Below are positions 47,191 through 56,875 of a DNA stretch of 64,000 nucleotides, one piece after another; the stretch's first letter is position 1, and every line of letters starts with the position of its first letter. The notes under the pieces were generated by a model, which did not search any database, was not told where the DNA came from, and saw nothing but the letters and a program-made list of their open reading frames with translations. The translations under genes were made by a program, and so were the position numbers. The stretch is from an uncultured Pseudomonadota bacterium. GTDB lineage: Bacteria; Oederibacteriota; Muellerivitia; Muellerivitales; Muellerivitaceae. The stretch lies in the NCBI GenBank assembly GCA_963843375.1, contig CAWJKT010000004.1:64001-128000 (forward strand). The letters run 5' to 3'.

Positions 47191-48568
47191 TTAGAAAGCA
47201 TAGCTGTATCCGAGGAGGACTGTTACGGCGGTGAGGGCCGGAAACAGATTCTGTTGTCGCAATTGACCGATGGCGAAGCCCGGGGAGCCGTCACCGCGCT
47301 GATCATAGTATTCGATCCGGACGCTGAACTCGGAACCTTCATCCACGGGCAAGCCGAATTTCAAGCCGTAAGTCGCAGCGTGGAACTTGGCCAAACGAGT
47401 GTCCGCCGAGGCGAATTCCGGCAATGGCTGGCCGCCCACCAGGTAGTAGTCGAAGAAATTGGCTGCACCTTGCTGGTAGTAGCGTGCATGCGGTTCAAGA
47501 TACGCGCTGCCGGGGAGCATGTATCGATAGCGCAGATCCGCAGTGACAGATTTGATACCCCAATCGTCCTTGTAGCCGCGCACGTCAAATTCGACGATAT
47601 CTTGGGATAAGTGGACCTTGTTTTCCAGGAACAGACTCTGCTTGTGCCGCGAATCCGGACGGCTCTCATACAGCTGCGAAACGGGCTGCCCACTCACAGG
47701 GTCGACCACTGAGATGATCTTGTAGGGATCGTTTTGGTAACCGTGGCTCGTTGAGTAGGAGTAGCTCAGGGATGAGAGCCACCGCCGGGTCATGACCTGA
47801 GTCAGTCCGAGGACGGCATCGACCTCACTGCGGCGGGCATCCGGACCCTTCCAGTCCCCACTCATGACACTCAGGGGCGTCGGGGTGCCTCCGATCGGAA
47901 ACGAGAGATCCGACTCGTAGTTCACCCCGGCGTTGAGCGTGGTGTTGTGCTGGTTGAGATCCTTGGAGACGCCGAAATTGACGCTCTCTGCACGATAGTC
48001 GTGTTCCTTCGAATAGGCCAGACCGCCATTGACAGTCACCCCCGCACCCAGGATCTGCTGCCAACCCGCGTTCGCAGCGTAGCGCAGATCCTTGAAGCTG
48101 GTGTCCAGAGGATAGGTATCCGCCGGTACAGTTCGGGTCGCCGAGAGCGTCTGTGTTGTCGCCCCGGTTGCCGGAGGCACCAGGGTCACGACGGAGCCAC
48201 CCGATGCCGTTGTGACCGTCACGGGCGTCCCAAGCGGAATGATCTTGTAGGGGCGCACATAGTTCTGGGGCAGCGTCGATGGCACCGCGCCAAGTGGCGT
48301 CGGCCCCGTCACCGAGTCCACGGTGAAGCCGAGCGTCAGTATGCTGTTTTCATCGATCTGTTGCGTCAGATTCAGGTCCGGCTCAATCGCGTGCACCCGA
48401 CCATTCTCATGGTAATAGAGAAGCCCGGTGTCAATCGTGGTTGTCGGCACGATCGGCCGGCGCTTCCTGCGCATTCGCATGAACTCCCGCAAGCAGGCCT
48501 GTTGCGGCCGTTGCGAGCATGCGCCGCAATGCGGACCTGGTCGGCGACACCTTCGGCTTCAATTGCAT
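47191..48568 (-). CDS. DUF3570-family outer-membrane beta-barrel (frameshift near 48445)
   Basis: ATG 48568 (MQLKPK...AGVHANAQ signal) overlaps the upstream gene end; DSVTGPT, SKEHDY, GYQNDPY, ESRPDSR, DDWGIKS, SADTRLAKF, terminal YAF. Confidence 0.85.
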
Positions 48569-48813
48569 CCGCAGCCACCACCCGCGTAACTGCGGCCGCC
48601 ACTGGATCCTTCCTTGCTGAAGTAGATGTGGTCATCAACTGCCGCCTGGAGCGGATCGGAATTCAGGCGCATCGCGGGCTCTGCCATCAGATCGTGCTGC
48701 CAGGGCTTTGGGCCCAGGGACGCACAGCCACTCAAGCATGTGAGCGCACACGAGAGCACCGCCAGCATCAACAACTCAGTGCGCTGTTTCCGCGAGCAGT
48801 TGGCGAACGTCAT
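48559..48813 (-). CDS. DUF4266-family small lipoprotein
   Basis: LSGC lipobox, KPWQ, HIYFSKEGSSGG, terminal GGGCGCN. Confidence 0.9.
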   Translation of the reverse strand: MTFANCSRKQRTELLMLAVLSCALTCLSGCASLGPKPWQHDLMAEPAMRLNSDPLQAAVDDHIYFSKEGSSGGRSYAGGGCGCN

Positions 48814-49231
48814 TTTCATATTCATCCTTTGTGATGTCGGAAAAACCGACATGTTGGAAGCGGACCTGCCCAGTGCGGTCGATGAGCACGGCGCTGGGCA
48901 TGCCGATGATCTTGTACGTTGTGGCAATGGTGCCTTGGGGGTCGTAGACGATTGGGAAATCAGCGGGCGTGTCGTCAAGGAACTTCCTGGCGAGCTCGTT
49001 GCTCTGGTCCACGTTGACACCGATGACCACCAGGTTGTACTTCCCGAACTGCCTTACAAGCTCGTCCAGCCACGGGAAGGAGCGTCTGCAGGGAGTACAC
49101 CAGGAGGCCCAGAAGTCCAGATAGACGACCTTGCCACGGTAGGCGCTCAAATCCAGCCCATCTGCGAGCGCCGGAGTGCCGCTCACGATGGCCACGGCAA
49201 TGCCAAGTACGCCCCACGAAGTCTTCTTCAT
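48776..49231 (-). CDS. TlpA-family thioredoxin
   Basis: YRGKVVYLDFWASWCTPCRRSFPW, GMPS, HVGF. Confidence 0.93.
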   Translation of the reverse strand: MKKTSWGVLGIAVAIVSGTPALADGLDLSAYRGKVVYLDFWASWCTPCRRSFPWLDELVRQFGKYNLVVIGVNVDQSNELARKFLDDTPADFPIVYDPQGTIATTYKIIGMPSAVLIDRTGQVRFQHVGFSDITKDEYENDVRQLLAETAH

Positions 49232-49770
49232 CGGTTGCTCCTGCGTTGGTTCTGTGTACCGCTCTTAGCGCGCGGTAGGTTTATAAGAGAACCCCATGCC
49301 TTGAGGTGCAAGGCTCCCAGCGAAATGATCAAGCGAACTTTCCCGCGCAAAGTAAACCATTACGACCGGAGGCTATTGAAGAAGTTCGATTGGACAAGCA
49401 ATTTATTGCCCTCAGCGATCGCGCCGATGATCCATACTTGTCGTAAGTTGATTCCATAGGCCGCGATTTGTTGTTCCGGAAAGCAAACGCCATGACGGCT
49501 GGAGTCTCGAGGCCTTCGTTGTAGCGCACCTTGCCGCCTGTACCATTCATGTCCCCACGGCAAATCCGGTCCGGTCCGCCACGACCTCGGACCTCTGGAC
49601 GACAATTGGCTTCCCTCGCGCCGTTACTACGGCGCACTGCTCCTGCATGGCCTTGAGACGTCAGGCAGGCGAGAAATCAATCGCACTGAGCCGTTAAGTC
49701 GGACTACTCATGATCCTGCGGTCATGGAGACGGTGACCGCGAGGGATGCCCGTATAGGGGAAAGGACTGC

Positions 49771-52098
49771 TTATTGACTGCTCTGTAGCCGCCAGGAGAA
49801 TCCAAGGGTGACGCTGCGTCTGGGCCAGGAATCTGTTGACCAGGAAGGCGTTGCGCCAACAATGGGGGAAAGCTCCGCGCAACAATTGTTACTGCGATTG
49901 GCAGCATTCGTGATCTCCAGCCACACTGAGACCTCTCCAAGGCGAGTGAAGAGGCTGCGCGAGAGATGCGCGTCGAGGCTGAGATATCCTCCCCAGCGCA
50001 AACTGTTCTCTGGGCCCAGCAGTAAATAGGGGGCACTGCCAGGTGTTGCGGCGACAAGGTCGATCGGCGTGCCTGGCCAGCCACTGTGCCAGCCGACCAG
50101 GAGCGATGCCATCGTACGCGGGGTCTTCCAGGCTACGCCTAGATTGAGCGCGTGGCGCTGATCCCAACTGCGCGGCACATCGCCACCCGGCAGTTCATCC
50201 AAGGCCTGCGACAGGGTATACGTGCCCCATAAGGTCAGGTGAGAGCCGATGGACTGCCTCGCGCTCAGCTCAATTCCGTCGCTTTCGGCGCCCAGTGGTG
50301 CGATCAGCATCCGATCAGGTTGCAACTCAGGCAGCAGCGTCACAACCCCGAGCGCGTTGTCATAGTAGGGACTGATACTCGACCAATGATCGCGGTAGAT
50401 CTCGACCCGCCATCGCAAGGCGTCGTCCGGTTCGTGCGCGAGCCCGACTACTGAGTGGACGGCCCGGTTGGCGGAATCCGGAGTGGACTGATTTTCTGCT
50501 GCGCGATATTCATCAACGCGCTGAGCTTGGCTGAACTCGCCCCAGGAACCATACACATGCCAATCCGGTGCCGGGTCATAGCGCACATTCAGCCGCGGCG
50601 TGAGCTGCGTGCGCTCACCGAAACCCCGGTAGTCCTGGCTGTCCACGCGAGCACCGATCTCCGCCTCGAAGTCTCGCCACTGTCGGCGCGCCGAGGCGAA
50701 CAGGCCGAAGCTCGATGCGTGCGGGGACTGGTCCGAGTTGACACTGACGAGCGGCTGCAGGCTAAAACCGGGCCCCAGCACGCTCGTGAAGGTTTCATTT
50801 TGGCGGTAGTGCGATGTGGCGCCCTCCGTCGCGAACTCCGCGCCCGCATTCCAGAGCAGCCCGGAGTTCGAAAGGTATGTCCATTCACTCTGGCCGGCAT
50901 AGGTGGCGAAGTCGTGCTGCTCATCGAGTGCTCCGTCCACGACACCGGTCAGATCGAGATTGCCAGAATGCCTGCTCTGGGACTGTGTATAGGAGAATGA
51001 TGTATGGGATTGCAACGCGGAGGTCGGTGCCCAGTCCCAGGCGAGCCAGACGTACTCGTCACGCGAATGTGCGTTCGCCAACTCATCGCGTGATCCTTCG
51101 CTCGCGCTCGCCTGGTCATCGAGCAGGAGCCATCCCACCGTAGCGCTCGAGCCCGGGCTGATGATCCAGCGGGCTCGTGTGAGCGCATCGAAGAACACAG
51201 GATTGATAGGGTTGGCGTCGATAGGTTGCAACGCGTTGGTTTCATCGGGACTGCGTCGGACCGAGGCCAGCCACTCAATGGGCCATCGATCCAGGCGTCC
51301 CGCGCCGGAAAAGTCGACACCCAGGCGGCTCGCATCGGCCTGCAAGTCGTAGCCCGAGGGAACGGTTTTGGGTGCGACATCGATCACGCCGGCTGTGCTG
51401 CCTCCAAATCGCACAGGGAAGCCGCCAGAATATATGTCGATACGCTCCACGTCGGCAGGGAGGAATGGGCTCAGCAAACTTTCAAATGCACGGAAATGAT
51501 ACGGATTGGTCAACGTCACATCATCGAAGCGAAACAACACTTCGTCTGCCTTGCCACCGCGGATGTACGGGCGGGTGGAATAGGTGCTCGCCACGCCTGG
51601 TGCCGCGCGCGCCGCGCGCAAGGCGTCATTCTGCGTGCCCGGCACCTGCTCAATAGCGCGCTGGTCCAGGGCATTTGGTTCGCCATCGCCGGCACTTTCA
51701 AAGGCGTAGTGGCTGGCGAATACGACTACCTCTTCGGTTGCGGATGGCCCAGCGGCCGTTGACGCAACACCGCTATTTGTGGTCGCTACCGGATTGTGAA
51801 CAGGCGCTGCGCGAGTTACCACAAAATGGTGATCGTCGGTCTTCTTCAGCTGCAAGTCATTGGCAGCAAGTGCCGCTTCAACCTGGGTAATCAGGGGCTC
51901 AGCTTGGGTTGCTGCCGGCGCGATCAATGTGGGTGGCACCAGGTCCGAGCTGAAGAGCACGCTCACACCGGTGGCACTCAGGGCGCGAAGCAATTCGGCG
52001 ACGGCGACGTGCGGCGTTGGCGCACCGGCCGCCACCGCCGCATAGGCGGCCAGCACGAGTACGAGCGGCCTAAGGCGCCGACCCGTCAGCGGCGGCAC
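49771..52098 (-). CDS. TonB-dependent receptor with N-terminal signalling extension
   Basis: Signal, STN-like N-terminal domain, EEVVV, YIRGG, IDIYSGGFPVRFG plug, PRSWDQRH, C-terminal LGFSWRL. Confidence 0.88.
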   Translation of the reverse strand: MPPLTGRRLRPLVLVLAAYAAVAAGAPTPHVAVAELLRALSATGVSVLFSSDLVPPTLIAPAATQAEPLITQVEAALAANDLQLKKTDDHHFVVTRAAPVHNPVATTNSGVASTAAGPSATEEVVVFASHYAFESAGDGEPNALDQRAIEQVPGTQNDALRAARAAPGVASTYSTRPYIRGGKADEVLFRFDDVTLTNPYHFRAFESLLSPFLPADVERIDIYSGGFPVRFGGSTAGVIDVAPKTVPSGYDLQADASRLGVDFSGAGRLDRWPIEWLASVRRSPDETNALQPIDANPINPVFFDALTRARWIISPGSSATVGWLLLDDQASASEGSRDELANAHSRDEYVWLAWDWAPTSALQSHTSFSYTQSQSRHSGNLDLTGVVDGALDEQHDFATYAGQSEWTYLSNSGLLWNAGAEFATEGATSHYRQNETFTSVLGPGFSLQPLVSVNSDQSPHASSFGLFASARRQWRDFEAEIGARVDSQDYRGFGERTQLTPRLNVRYDPAPDWHVYGSWGEFSQAQRVDEYRAAENQSTPDSANRAVHSVVGLAHEPDDALRWRVEIYRDHWSSISPYYDNALGVVTLLPELQPDRMLIAPLGAESDGIELSARQSIGSHLTLWGTYTLSQALDELPGGDVPRSWDQRHALNLGVAWKTPRTMASLLVGWHSGWPGTPIDLVAATPGSAPYLLLGPENSLRWGGYLSLDAHLSRSLFTRLGEVSVWLEITNAANRSNNCCAELSPIVGATPSWSTDSWPRRSVTLGFSWRLQSSQ

Positions 52099-52131
52099 TG
52101 CTCAGGTGCGCACTCGGAAAACCCCTCCGAT

Positions 52132-53154
52132 TCATTGGCTAGAGTGTACCCGAATGACCCCATCCGCCAACTCATAAGTCAGCGAGGTGCTGGAGAGGAT
52201 CTCTGCCAGCCCATCCAGTGTGGCGGCGCTGCGCATAGATCCGTGCAAGATCGTGCGCTGCGCACTCTCCCGGGCCCGCGCGTCGGCGAACACCACCTGT
52301 CGCCCCAATTCACGGCTGATCCACTGCAAGTATTCATCGAGTGAGCGACCTTCAACGGCAAATTCGGGCGCTAGCGCCATCGTCCATTGCCAGTCACTTC
52401 CATAGGTGGGTACCGACTGCCGCGTGACTTGGCCATCCGAGGTGGCCAGCAATTCCGTACCGGCGGCGGCGAACTGTACGCCGATGGGGCCAGAAAAGCG
52501 CACTTGGCCTTCCCGGACCCGAATGCGTACGACACGATCGTCGCTGAAGACCTCAAATTCGGTGCCGACGTGTTCGACAAGCCCCGCGCGGGTTGCCACG
52601 CGCAGCTTGCTGGAATTGGCCAAACCAGCGGGTTTGTCCACATAGATGGCACCACGCTCGAGCTGCAGTTGCGAAGCAGTTGCCACCTCAATCACACTGC
52701 CTTCAGCGATACGCAGCGTACCACCTTGTGCCAGTAGGATCAGGGCCGAACCGCGTGCCGTGAAGGCATCCCCCACACGCACAGCTTCGCCCATCGAGAG
52801 GGTATGGTGCCGAAGGAACCGTTCTCCAACCTCGATGCTCCCGTCGCGGGTGCGAGCCAGTGAACCGATCATTTCCCTATCATCTGACGGCTTCCCGACC
52901 ACAAACAGGCCGACCACTATCGCGAGCGCACACGCCGCGGTAGCGACCCCCGCCCACCACACCCCATGACGGACCAACCGTCGTGTCCGGGCCGCCCGCG
53001 CGGGCTTGGCTGTTTCCTCCCAAGCGTCCCGCACGGCAGCGCGCACCCGCCTGACTGCTTCGGCATCCAGAGGTTGGGTCGCAAGGCGTCTCACCAACAG
53101 TTGCTCCAGGGCGCCATCACCAGCGTCGGAGTTCGATTCTCGGGTATCGCTCAT
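52132..53154 (-). CDS. FecR-family anti-sigma/transmembrane sensor
   Basis: Single TM, LERGAIYVD, HVGTEFEV, VREGQV, C-terminal domain; ATGA overlap with the sigma gene. Confidence 0.88.
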   Translation of the reverse strand: MSDTRESNSDAGDGALEQLLVRRLATQPLDAEAVRRVRAAVRDAWEETAKPARAARTRRLVRHGVWWAGVATAACALAIVVGLFVVGKPSDDREMIGSLARTRDGSIEVGERFLRHHTLSMGEAVRVGDAFTARGSALILLAQGGTLRIAEGSVIEVATASQLQLERGAIYVDKPAGLANSSKLRVATRAGLVEHVGTEFEVFSDDRVVRIRVREGQVRFSGPIGVQFAAAGTELLATSDGQVTRQSVPTYGSDWQWTMALAPEFAVEGRSLDEYLQWISRELGRQVVFADARARESAQRTILHGSMRSAATLDGLAEILSSTSLTYELADGVIRVHSSQ

Positions 53155-53756
53155 AGCGGTATGACTCCGCTTGAGGCACCGACGTTGGCGGTTTCCTCGG
53201 TCCATCGCTCACGAAAGGCCTTGCGCGCGCGCGCCAACAATGACTGCGTAGCTATGATCGAAAGCCCGAGCAGGCGCGCAATCTCCTCAACCGAGAGACC
53301 GTCGGCGTACTTGGCTTCCAGTGCCTGTGCATAACTCTTTGGCAAGGCGTCCAGCAATCGGATTACCTCGGCACGGCGCTGCGTAGACTCCAGTTGCGCC
53401 AACGGTTCCAAGTGTCCGGGCGCGGGCAACTCCGCCACCGCCGCCCGCGCGCCGGCTTCGAACAGACTCACATGTGCCGGTCGGCGCGTCGACTTGCGAC
53501 TGACGTCGGCCAGCTCATGGCGGCAGATCTCGCATAGCCAGGTGAATAGGGCTGATTCGCCGCGGTAGCTGGCCAAATGGCGAACCGCTTTAATCAAGGA
53601 GTTCTGCACAACATCTTCCAGGCTTGCCCCGTCGAGTCCAGAGCGGCGCGAAGCGAACGCCGCCAGACGCTGCGCGCAAGCGTCAAAAAAGGCGTCGAAG
53701 GCACGCTGATCTCCGGCAAGCATACGAGATACCAAATCTAGATCCGCCTCGTACAC
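53151..53756 (-). CDS. ECF sigma-70 factor
   Basis: GDQRAF, EDVVQ, YRGESALFTWL, LP..Y..AL..KY.DGLSVEEIA, SLLARAR. Confidence 0.92.
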   Translation of the reverse strand: MYEADLDLVSRMLAGDQRAFDAFFDACAQRLAAFASRRSGLDGASLEDVVQNSLIKAVRHLASYRGESALFTWLCEICRHELADVSRKSTRRPAHVSLFEAGARAAVAELPAPGHLEPLAQLESTQRRAEVIRLLDALPKSYAQALEAKYADGLSVEEIARLLGLSIIATQSLLARARKAFRERWTEETANVGASSGVIPL

Positions 53757-54053
53757 CCTGCCTTCTCCCGACCCAGCCGCGGCCTGACAAGGTCTGGAGG
53801 TTAGACGCCCGGCGGGCCGCAAATCAATTGCCAAAAGACCCAAGCACATCGGATTTCTCGTGCCGAGTGAGCGATTGATTCAACCGGCTGCCAACGTCTA
53901 ACGACGTTAAGACTGAGCAAAGACCGCTTGATCTACCGTCCTACATATGCGGGCAAGCCGATGAATCCACTTGTACTTATGGGCTGCAAGATGCTGGGGA
54001 TGTCCATGCCTCTCAAGCCCGTTTTTCAGTCTCCCCTTGATTGAGGATTGCGA

Positions 54054-54473
54054 ATGAGCATGCAAGCCGGCACTTTCAAACCAGCGTTCACGGTCTTCAT
54101 GCTGGTTAAAGCCGCTCCAGACTGGCTGATTTTCACGGTTGCCCATCGTCGCCAACTCACCCAGGCACAGCTCACACCAATCCTCGAGAAGCACCATCTC
54201 CATGCGTCACTCCACTTTCTCGATCTGGAACTTTACTCGACCCGCGTGACCGACATCTGGATATGGCGCACCCGAGATGTCCCTGGTTACCAGCACCTGA
54301 TGCAGGATCTTCGGAAATCTCCGTTCTGGAACCGTTTTTTCAACGTGGTCGAAATTTTGGCGGGCGTGGATGAGGCCCGTGGCCGACAATACTATCGCGA
54401 GCTCGTCCCCACGTGGGGTGATCCCAGCTGCGTTGGCGCCAAGCTGGCCCCGCTGATGCAGAATGTCGCCTGA
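54054..54473 (+). CDS. Darcynin-family-like protein
   Basis: TVFMLVK..PDWL, PILEKH, DLELYSTRVTDIWIW, YQHLMQDLRKSPFWNRFFNVVEIL.G matches the recalled darcynin pattern. Confidence 0.65.
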   Translation: MSMQAGTFKPAFTVFMLVKAAPDWLIFTVAHRRQLTQAQLTPILEKHHLHASLHFLDLELYSTRVTDIWIWRTRDVPGYQHLMQDLRKSPFWNRFFNVVEILAGVDEARGRQYYRELVPTWGDPSCVGAKLAPLMQNVA

Positions 54474-54737
54474 GCTTAGGCACGGGACACGCCGCCAGTG
54501 TCCCGGGCGACTTGCGCCGCCGCGCGCTAGTTTTGACCCATGAACAAGATATTTAACCCGTGATCGCCTTCCGAAGTCGGCGATGCGTAGAATCGGCAGA
54601 GCATTAGTCGACCGGACTCTGAAGCTCGAGCCCCCGCCACGCCGGGACATTTCCTTAACGAGCAAAATGTCAATGCACTTCATCGTTGATCACTGTCCAG
54701 GAAGTCCATCTGAAGAAGACGCTACAAGCCCCAATAT

Positions 54738-54870
54738 ATGACGACTCACCAAGACTCACCTCTCTCCGATAATTGGTCCAGATGGCTCCTTCAGCTACGC
54801 AATGGCGGCGATCCAACGTTCGAGACGACGCTGCGCACCGAGGTAGAGGCCTATGCGGATCGGGTACGAG
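54738..54870 (+). pseudogene. 5' fragment of a methyltransferase paralogous to 26559-27396, cut after ~44 codons
   Basis: MTTHQDSPLSDNWSRWLLQLRNGGDPTFETTLRTEVEAYADRV versus MTAHQDPRLTDTWSTWLLQLRNGGDPIFQATLRAEVEAIADRV. Confidence 0.85.
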
Positions 54871-54953
54871 TAACGACCCCCCACAGCCAGGAATCATTCC
54901 AGTATGAGTCACGAGGGTTAGATAAAAATGCTTGAAAGGGTTATATTTCTTCC

Positions 54954-55361
54954 ATGAAAAAGCTAGCGAAGACGAAAGTCACGATTGAGATGGCAATTAT
55001 GTCCTTCGAGACGGACTTCCAGGGCATCGTGAACAATACGGAATTCATACGGTTCGTGGAACGAGTGCGCTACGCCCTTTCGAAAAAGCTGGGATTTTCC
55101 TTTAAGCAGGTCCGAAACGCCAAGCTTTGGACCGTGATGGCCCACGTGGAAATCAACTACCACACTCCAGGACGCTTTGAGGACATCATGTTGGGCACGG
55201 GGTGGGTCGAGAGGGTCGGTAATACCTCCCTGACGCTGGGCTATGAGTTCAGGCTCAAGGGCGTGAAGAGGTTGATCGCGGACGCAAAACAAGTGGTAGT
55301 TTTCGTCAACTCCGACTTAAAACCAACCCCTATTCCCGCTCACCTTCGCAAAAAATTATAA
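54954..55361 (+). CDS. Acyl-CoA thioesterase (4HBT/YbgC hot-dog family)
   Basis: FETDFQGIVNNTEFIRFVE..R, EINYHTP.RFED, VGNTS, KPTPIP. Confidence 0.88.
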   Translation: MKKLAKTKVTIEMAIMSFETDFQGIVNNTEFIRFVERVRYALSKKLGFSFKQVRNAKLWTVMAHVEINYHTPGRFEDIMLGTGWVERVGNTSLTLGYEFRLKGVKRLIADAKQVVVFVNSDLKPTPIPAHLRKKL

Positions 55362-55465
55362 CGGGCCCCAAAAGAGGCCTGTAGAATGGGCTTATAGGCC
55401 CTTGTATTGAAACTGGTTCAAGGGTAATTTAACTATCTGCTTCAAAGTGTTTTTAAGGATCATTT

Positions 55466-56671
55466 ATGCCGACCCAAATGAACGCGCGCGGCCTTCAAGA
55501 ACAATTGCTAACCCTGAATAAAATCGGGATTGCCCTTTCCAAAGAACAAGATCTCAACCAGCTTTTGACCCTTATCCTCACCGAAAGCCGCCAATTCACC
55601 AATGCTGAAGCGGGAAGCCTATACGTGCGTGAAGGCCAGCAATTGCGTTTCTCCGTTTCCCAAAACAAAGTTCTGGAAGCCCGTAAAAAGGCGGAGCTGA
55701 AGGCCCACAAGAAGCTGTTGGAAGTTGTGCCTTCCACCTTCACTGGTTTTTACGTCTCCCTTGATAAAGCCTCTTTAGCCGGTTACGTGGGCGTGACCGG
55801 TAAGGTTCTCAATCTCCCCGACGCCTATAAAATTGCCCCGGGTAAGGAGTACAAGTTCAACCGTTCCTTCGACGAAAAGAACAACTACCGAACCAAGAGC
55901 ATGCTCATTGTTCCCATGAAGGACGCCTCGGGCAATGTGGTGGGAGTCATCCAGCTCATTAACGCCCATAGGGGAAAAAGCATCGTTCCCTTCGACAAAC
56001 ATTTCGAGAACCTGGTTTCGTCCCTGGCCAGCCAGGCGGCCATTGCCATCAAGAACACCATGCTCACCCAAGAACTGAAGGAAGCCTACCTCGATACGAT
56101 TTTCCGCCTATCGATCGCGGCGGAATATAAGGATGACGACACTGCAGTCCACATCCATCGCATGAGCCGTTACTCGGCTATCCTCGCGGAAGGATTGGGG
56201 CTTTCGGCGGAGGAAGTGGAAAGCATCCGTTACGCCTCGCCCATGCATGACATCGGCAAGTTGGGAGTGCCCGACTCCATTCTTATGAAACCCGGCAAGC
56301 TTACGCCAGCGGAATTCAAGGAGATGCAGAACCACACGGTCTTCGGTGCGAAAATTTTGGAAAACGCGAAGGCGGAACTTTTGAGGGTTTCCGAAATTAT
56401 CGCCCTGACCCACCATGAGAAATGGGACGGATCAGGTTACCCCCGCGGGCTCAAAGGCGAGAATATCCCCCTCTCTGGCCGCGTGGTAGCCTTGGCCGAT
56501 GTGTTCGATGCCCTTACCACCAAGCGCTGCTACAAACCGGCATTCTCCTTGGAAGAATCGATGAAAATTATTAAGGAAGGCACCGGCCGCCACTTTGATC
56601 CCAAAGTAGTTCAGGCTTTTGACAACAGCATCGAGAAGATCCTTGCCGTTAAGTCCCAATTCAGCGCTTAA
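55466..56671 (+). CDS. GAF plus HD-GYP cyclic di-nucleotide phosphodiesterase
   Basis: GAF (SLAGYVG, YRTKSMLIVPM, QLIN); PMHDIGK, HHEKWDGSGYP.GLKGENIP, ADVFDALT. Confidence 0.95.
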   Translation: MPTQMNARGLQEQLLTLNKIGIALSKEQDLNQLLTLILTESRQFTNAEAGSLYVREGQQLRFSVSQNKVLEARKKAELKAHKKLLEVVPSTFTGFYVSLDKASLAGYVGVTGKVLNLPDAYKIAPGKEYKFNRSFDEKNNYRTKSMLIVPMKDASGNVVGVIQLINAHRGKSIVPFDKHFENLVSSLASQAAIAIKNTMLTQELKEAYLDTIFRLSIAAEYKDDDTAVHIHRMSRYSAILAEGLGLSAEEVESIRYASPMHDIGKLGVPDSILMKPGKLTPAEFKEMQNHTVFGAKILENAKAELLRVSEIIALTHHEKWDGSGYPRGLKGENIPLSGRVVALADVFDALTTKRCYKPAFSLEESMKIIKEGTGRHFDPKVVQAFDNSIEKILAVKSQFSA

Positions 56672-56875
56672 CCTTGCATTAAAATGTTTTGCGGCCCCAT
56701 CGATTACCGGGAATAAAGTGATTCGCGGGAATGAAAAGTCGACATAAGTCTTTCCAACAACCCGTAAATGAAGCTTTATTCTCTCCTTTTACGACCTTCG
56801 TCATGTTTCCAGTATTTTTACCCCTTAAAATGATGTAATTTCAATATCAGTTCTTTTTTGATGAGGACATGCCCG

